A DNA stretch of 26,196 nucleotides from Alloascoidea hylecoeti (Eukaryota). The stretch spans positions 155,918 to 182,113 of the forward strand of contig BCKZ01000030.1 in NCBI GenBank assembly GCA_001600815.1, in the 5' to 3' direction. The notes under the pieces are model-generated. The model saw nothing but the letters and a program-made list of their open reading frames with translations. It ran no database searches and was not told the DNA's origin. This document shows, in pieces, positions 20,447 through 26,196 of the stretch (within the stretch, counting starts at the first letter, position 1; each line of letters opens with the position of its first letter). A program made the position numbers and the translations under genes.

Positions 20447-23164
20447 ATGAACTACTACGATCTGCCTCTTTCAAAGTGCGAAAACGTCCTCTTCACTCTC
20501 CCTCCTCTGGTGATTCTAGATAGGTACACAAACAAATATCGCTTTGCAGAATGGGAGTTTTTCGTCGAAAGACTATTATTCAGCTACGGTTTACCCAGTG
20601 TTCTCAGCGGAACTTCCGATCCTAAAACTNAGACTCCAGAAGATGTAAAGGTAAGACAGNTAGGTGATGATTTTGGCCTGGCTGTTATTAAATCTACTCT
20701 TGATTATTCTGTTTATCACTTGTTAAGACCTACTGCAGCTGCCAGCTATGCAGCTATAGTACAGCATTTTTATCCAAGAAGATTGTCAAATACAATTCAT
20801 CCAAAGTTATACAGTTTTCCTAAATTTGTNGGTGGTGATAATACTTCTATTTGTGATTATTTAGCAAAAATTCATCTTGAGCTGAAAGTTGAAGATTTAT
20901 TTTTTTATTCTAAAAATGCAAGTGATAGCGCTTTTACGGTTTTAGCCAGGGCTCTTATATCTCCAAGTTGTCCCTTTTATTCAGCACTTACAAATCTACC
21001 TCCTTTTTGTCCAGTTTCTGTGTTTTATAAATCTTTATTGAAGTATGAAGCACTTTCTAGAATAAAAGAAATAAAACCTGCAGGTTTTAAACAAAAATCT
21101 CAATTACGTATTCCAACTAAAATAACTTTAAATGCTATATGCAAATATTGTAATATGAAAGATCATGAAACAAAAAATTGTCATGAAGGTTTTTCTTGTT
21201 GGATTATTGATTATAAAATTCCAACTACAATTACTGGTGATTTTGCATGCTTTGAAGAGTTTACTCCATACCTTGAACCAAGATTTGATGAATCTAATGG
21301 TGTTTTCGTAACAGGTTCTGGAACTATTAAACTTACTTTTTTTAATATCTCAGGTAATCAAGAATATGATGTTATTTTGAATGATGTTTTATATGCTCCA
21401 TTTTTTCAAAAAAATATTGTTAGTTATACTCAATTAACGCCTACCTATACAATTAATAGAAAAACAACACCTGTTTTATTCAAATATGGTCAACCACATA
21501 TTACTTTTTCAGCTTTAAATGTCAAACATGTTATTAAAAATGAAAATCTTATCAATAAAGTTCATTTGGAATCAATTGAAAATATAATAATGTCTTGTAA
21601 TAGTCAAATTTTTTTATATTCCAAATTAGGTGGTGATAAAAGATATATTGCAGCAAATCAAATATTAGATGCAGATTATGAAAATAATTCACAATCTTAT
21701 TCATTTACAGATTTTACAGAAGATTCTAATAATAATACAATTGATATTGATAAAGAAAATATTTTTGAAATTTTTATACCATCAAAAGATTTTTTAATAA
21801 GAATTAGATCATTTATTGAAATTGATTGTTTTTTTTGTAAATATGATGATACATTACCATTTTTAAAAATTTTAAATAAAATTAATCCTTCTAAAATTAT
21901 AGTTGAAATGGATATATTATTTGCATTAAGAAAACATGCTCTTAATAAAACAATTAAAACTCTAGCAAATAATTTAATTAAAAAAATTAAACATTTTGGT
22001 CCAGATATAAAACATCGGGAATCTGAATTTCCAATTCCTCCAAAAAATTATTTGAAAAATTTACCAACTATACAACCTTATTATTATTTAATTGATAGAT
22101 GGGCAGAAGGTGAAGAATTAATTAGTATAGTTAGTGAAAGGAAGAAATATAAAAAGCTAAAAATTGAACCTGTTGAAACAAATGTTTTGGTGAAAAATGA
22201 ACAACAATTAGATTCAAATGGAATTGGAAATGATAATTATGAAGAGGAATCTAATTCGTTTGGAAATCAGCAGGATGAAAACGTAACAGGAAATGTGAAT
22301 GAACCAGATTATGATTATAATGGAGTTAACTCGACGGAAGTTGAACTTCCTTTTCAAGAAACACAGGTTTCTTCGAATTCTTCACCAAAAGTTCCACAAG
22401 TTAATGTTCCAAATAATGGTTCTGCTCTTGATTTATTATCCTTGGTACCTGTTACAAAAGCGAATAAAAGGAAGGTGACTTTGGAAGAGGTTGATGATTT
22501 TGTTATGTTATTTGATTTACAGCCGAGAAAAAAAAAAGTTCCTATAGAAAATAATTCAAGTATATCTACGCAGGGGAGATTAAGTAGGAAGAGAATGGCA
22601 GTTCCTTCGATTCCTTTGAAGAAGATATCTTCTTCTCCATTACCTATCAATAATAAGTTTAATAAGGATCAAGAATCAAAAGATTCATCCATAAGGAAGA
22701 GAAAATCTGATGATGTGGATGACAATAAGGAAATTAGATCAATTCTAAAAAAAAAAAAAAGAAACTCTTTACCAAAAAGCGTTAAATTAATGGTAACCCC
22801 ATCACAAGTTTTTGAAATTGAACAAGCTTATCATAGAGATGATTTCTTTGATGGTTGTTGGACTGATGATGGTGATGTTTCAAATGATGAATCAATGTTG
22901 GCAGCTCAAGATAACATGGCAATTAATGAGGATGTCATAAGACGTATTAGAGATGAATATGTTGACAATTCGAAGAGAATGATGTATCGAAAGATTGTGA
23001 GAACTGTCTCAAAATTTGATTCAAAAAAATATGGTGATACAATTAATGCTTTGGTAGAGCATTACACTCTGCATTCTACATCTCAACTTTTAGGGGATCG
23101 TGTAAAAATTAAAAAGGGTCATCCAATGAGCTATATAAATAAATTGACGAATGCTTCAGTTTGA
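20447..23164 (+). CDS. Ty1/copia Gag-protease-derived protein, copy 2 (905 aa); candidate domesticated gene
   Basis: Same motifs as copy 1 (CCHC at 21140-21181, WIIDYK at 21200-21217). About 500 N-terminal aa are near identical to copy 1, the middle is diverged, and the last ~120 aa are similar again. Confidence 0.75.
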   Translation: MNYYDLPLSKCENVLFTLPPLVILDRYTNKYRFAEWEFFVERLLFSYGLPSVLSGTSDPKTXTPEDVKVRQXGDDFGLAVIKSTLDYSVYHLLRPTAAASYAAIVQHFYPRRLSNTIHPKLYSFPKFXGGDNTSICDYLAKIHLELKVEDLFFYSKNASDSAFTVLARALISPSCPFYSALTNLPPFCPVSVFYKSLLKYEALSRIKEIKPAGFKQKSQLRIPTKITLNAICKYCNMKDHETKNCHEGFSCWIIDYKIPTTITGDFACFEEFTPYLEPRFDESNGVFVTGSGTIKLTFFNISGNQEYDVILNDVLYAPFFQKNIVSYTQLTPTYTINRKTTPVLFKYGQPHITFSALNVKHVIKNENLINKVHLESIENIIMSCNSQIFLYSKLGGDKRYIAANQILDADYENNSQSYSFTDFTEDSNNNTIDIDKENIFEIFIPSKDFLIRIRSFIEIDCFFCKYDDTLPFLKILNKINPSKIIVEMDILFALRKHALNKTIKTLANNLIKKIKHFGPDIKHRESEFPIPPKNYLKNLPTIQPYYYLIDRWAEGEELISIVSERKKYKKLKIEPVETNVLVKNEQQLDSNGIGNDNYEEESNSFGNQQDENVTGNVNEPDYDYNGVNSTEVELPFQETQVSSNSSPKVPQVNVPNNGSALDLLSLVPVTKANKRKVTLEEVDDFVMLFDLQPRKKKVPIENNSSISTQGRLSRKRMAVPSIPLKKISSSPLPINNKFNKDQESKDSSIRKRKSDDVDDNKEIRSILKKKKRNSLPKSVKLMVTPSQVFEIEQAYHRDDFFDGCWTDDGDVSNDESMLAAQDNMAINEDVIRRIRDEYVDNSKRMMYRKIVRTVSKFDSKKYGDTINALVEHYTLHSTSQLLGDRVKIKKGHPMSYINKLTNASV
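20461..21949 (+). repeat. Right arm of 1,489-bp inverted repeat (pairs with 13947-15435)
   Basis: See left arm. N at 20630/20660/20830 mirror N at 15266/15236/15066. Confidence 0.95.
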
Positions 23165-23923
23165 ACAAATAATGATAATAAACGCTTTTGGGATAGATGA
23201 CCTAGAAATAATTTTTACTTGATCTCATAATTTGTGAGGATTGAAGTGTTTGGTGTTTGGACTTCGCTACATTCTACGGTTGATGACCTTTTTTATGGCA
23301 TTTGATTTGGTTGCATGGTTTTATGACTCTAAGCGTGTCTTCATTCAAGTGGTGGCGTTCACTCTTGGGGCTTGTCGATTCTTCACTGTTATGTCACGTG
23401 ATGCCATTATATTATCCGGCCCCGATATAAATTTAAAATGATTACTCTGTAGGAGGATTATTTTATATCTCGTACTTTCACTTATGAGCAATCTTCTCTT
23501 CTTCAATCGTAAGATATTGAATATGCCCATTATTATAATTGGTCAAAGCCGGATATATATCCAGGAACTTCTATGACTGTTGATTGCGTATTCAAGTCCA
23601 AATTCAACATGTAGGGGTGTATGTGAAAACATACGAAACTTACGGGGTATGTTTTGAGATCTTATTTTAATCTAGGGTGATGATTGCATAGCGTTTAGTT
23701 TATTTTTACAAAAAGTGGTACCGGTGTATGTTTAAATCGGAAATACACTTGCAAAATATGTTGATAATGTATTGAAAACTGTTCGCTTATGGGTTCTTGT
23801 TGGTTGATGTCCTTGGATTTATTCTGAGGCATAGTAAAGTTTTATTATATAAAGAACGTGTCTTGACTTGTCATACTTATTCAATGAATTTTTATTCTTT
23901 TGTTGTCCATTTTGTTGACCTGT

Positions 23924-23935
23924 TGGTAGCGGCGC
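23924..23935 (+). other. Putative primer-binding site for initiator tRNA-Met
   Basis: TGGTAGCGGCGC matches 11/12 to TGGTAGCGCCGC (complement of the yeast tRNAiMet 3' end, as in Ty1), about 90 bp upstream of a gag-like ATG. Confidence 0.5.
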
Positions 23936-24014
23936 AGTACCGGAGGCAAGTACGAGTAATAGGATCGTCGTCACAGGTGATAAACGTACAACAATCGACT
24001 CGGTAGAATTATCA

Positions 24015-24898
24015 ATGCTACCAAAATTAACGATCGACTATTCACCACAATCCTTCAAAACGTGGGAATATCTCATAAAATCAACCTTAAGAAGATTAAA
24101 CTTATCTGAATATATTTTAGATGAAACCATATATGATAATCTTCCGACTGAAGACGTTCTTAACGAAACGCAACTCCGAGAATATGTCACTGTTATGAAT
24201 ATACTCATGACTACAACTGATAAAATTATTCAAAATGATTTTATCGACTTAATATACGGTGCCAAAGTGTCATTTGATAATTTAATGGCGTCAAACCAGA
24301 CATTTCAGCTCGCCAGCTTCTTCATGAACTAATGAATCAAAGTTTCGATGGTAATACAATGTCGGTAACTGGATACATCGATCAATACCCAAGTTATTTT
24401 AGGGAATTGAAATCTAAAGAGATTATTTTTCCAGTAACCACCCAATTAAATATGATGCTAAGCAGTCTTGAAGCAGAATACGAGAAAGTTGCAATTGAAA
24501 TGATTGGACAGAATATTACAGAAAAGGAAATTAAAAGAAAAATGTTAGCAATTTTGAATCACAATTAAAACAGAAGGAAATTATTACTATGGATTATATC
24601 TCAAAACTTACTCAACCAACAGGTCAACAAAATGGACAACAAAAGAATAAAAATTCATTGAACAAGTATAACAAGTCAAGACACGTTCTTTATATAATAA
24701 AACTTTACTATGCCTCAGAATAAATCCAAGGACATCAACCAACAAAAGCTCATAAGCCAACAAAAACCTTTAAAAAATCAACAACTAATCTTTTTTATTA
24801 TTTTAAAATTGTTGAAAGGATACTTTAATATTCAGGACTCTGGTACTATGATTTTTTTTGCTATGATGAATCTGATTCAATTCTTTGAGAATTATTAA
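24015..24898 (+). pseudogene. Decayed Ty1/copia gag-protease (frameshifts and stops)
   Basis: Fragments in the expected order: LPKL...SFKTWEYLIKSTLRRLNLSEYI (gag N-terminus), SVTGYIDQ...ELKS...MMLSSLEAEYEKV (UBN2-like), FNIQDSGT (protease DSG at 24836-24844). Confidence 0.7.
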
Positions 24899-25439
24899 AC
24901 ATGTTAGATTTAGATTTGCCTAGCTTCGTAAAATCTCCACTTTTTATTTTCGATTTTGAATTCTCTTCTTTAGTTTACACGGTTTCTGCTTTTAATGTAA
25001 ATTTTACTTTCGATAAGTTCAATAATTAAGTATGAGTTAGAAATATACATATATGGAGTTTTTAGATTTTTGGAGTAATATGAAATAGGTCAACAACATT
25101 TTCAATTGATAATAGTCATGCAGTAAAGATGGGTGAAGTTGAGCAATGTTATCGACCGATTTAATATTAATTATTCAAAAAGTCTGCCAATACCTTATAT
25201 TCTTTCCTAATTCATTTTTAAATGAAGTTTTGTAAAATATTATCGAAAATTCAAAATGTTGTATCAAAAGATTCTGGGTTATTTCATAAAGATTGCATAA
25301 TGTTCTCGACCAGGTATTCTCTTAATTAAATCAGAGGATTTTATCTCGCAAATTCTACAATTGCAATATTTTATATTTAAAACAATTTATAAATAATGAA
25401 CAAATTGAACTTCTAAAATAGGTGAAGAAACTTTGCCAA

Positions 25440-25860
25440 TATTTTCACTTAACCTACAAAATTTAAAGTGGTTCAATATTATTATATATTATCCATATTG
25501 TTCAAGTTCTATTTCAATCCAATGTTAATGTTTCCTTTTAGCAGTTTGGTGGGTAACAGATTATCAAAAGTGAACAACAGCCGCGGCTATGCCAAATAGT
25601 TTCACAAAATTTATTAATTATACAGTTGTCCTTCCTTCGGTGATATTGATATTGTTCAGGAGAAAGAATACTGTATAATGGAATGTAAAAACATCGGGAA
25701 CATTAATTATCCTGTCTCTAGATTTACAGTAGTAGGATAAATTGTAATCATGACTGCAGAACATTTTTGCAACAGATTTCAATTTTTTATCAGGTTTAGG
25801 AGATTATTTTTTTCTTGAAGATAATCTAAAGTCACCTGTGAGATATGAATTAACTCTCGC
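25440..25860 (-). pseudogene. Degenerate Ty1/copia integrase relic
   Basis: Minus-strand fragments across several frames in the canonical order: ELIH, YCKSR, HYTV..SPEQ...RRKD.CII, AAAVVHF/NLLPTKLLKGN, FVG*/SEN. Matched by eye only. Confidence 0.45.
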
Positions 25861-26196
25861 TAATATATTCACAGGAGAGAGAATAATTGACTATATGTAT
25901 ACCCGAGAATATGCGTTGTATCACACTCTTAGTCTATAATTACATGTAGGCCTTATATTTATTTGGACTTTGTTTATAAACATTAAAAATATGATTTTAA
26001 TTCAGTGGAGAATAAAACATGTAGATTAGATTTTGTTCTCCTTTTATTCTGCTTCTTAACTAGCTAATTATTTATATATCTATTTAATGCGTAGTAATTT
26101 CTGGTGATCTTCACCTATAATTCATAGATATAGATATAATAGTAAAAATAGAAGTATATTATAGACCCTTAATGGCCACTTGAAAGAAATAAAAAA

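Noticed and set aside
13947..21949. Inverted repeat as an IR-type centromere or MAT inversion locus
   Set aside because: The arms are coding and the interior holds ordinary genes. No MAT a/alpha or SLA2 sequences and no gene-free core are visible.
23393..23401. GTCACGTGA as point-centromere CDEI
   Set aside because: Not followed by a long very AT-rich CDEII and a CDEIII consensus.
23600..23923. LTR upstream of the gag pseudogene
   Set aside because: No second copy in the window and no clear TG...CA boundary next to the PBS-like site.

Overview
AT-rich genomic DNA from an intron-containing budding yeast (Saccharomycotina-like; species not identifiable from sequence alone). From left to right the window holds: a three-gene module (DUR3-like solute symporter, intron-containing NtaA/DszA/SnaA-family monooxygenase, divergent MDR oxidoreductase); a 1.1-kb element with terminal inverted repeats and TA flanks; a decayed Ty1/copia integrase relic; and a WSC-family cell-wall sensor whose 5' end lies in a sharp GC island. 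The most notable structure follows. Two intact ~900-aa ORFs derived from Ty1/copia Gag-protease (zinc knuckle kept, protease DSG changed to DYK, no RT/RNase H or LTR seen) point outward. Their 5' 1,489 bp form a near-perfect inverted repeat, with ambiguous bases at the same three mirrored positions, while their middles have diverged. They enclose a 5-kb segment carrying an aldo-keto reductase, a four-exon RPN10 and a two-exon borealin/NBL1-like gene. Recombination across the repeat would invert that segment and swap two very different promoters between the two C-terminal variants, a possible flip/flop switch built from a domesticated retrotransposon gene. This is a hypothesis, and repeat collapse in the assembly must be excluded. 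The right end contains a decayed Ty1/copia gag-PR pseudogene with a tRNA-iMet PBS-like site and another integrase relic.
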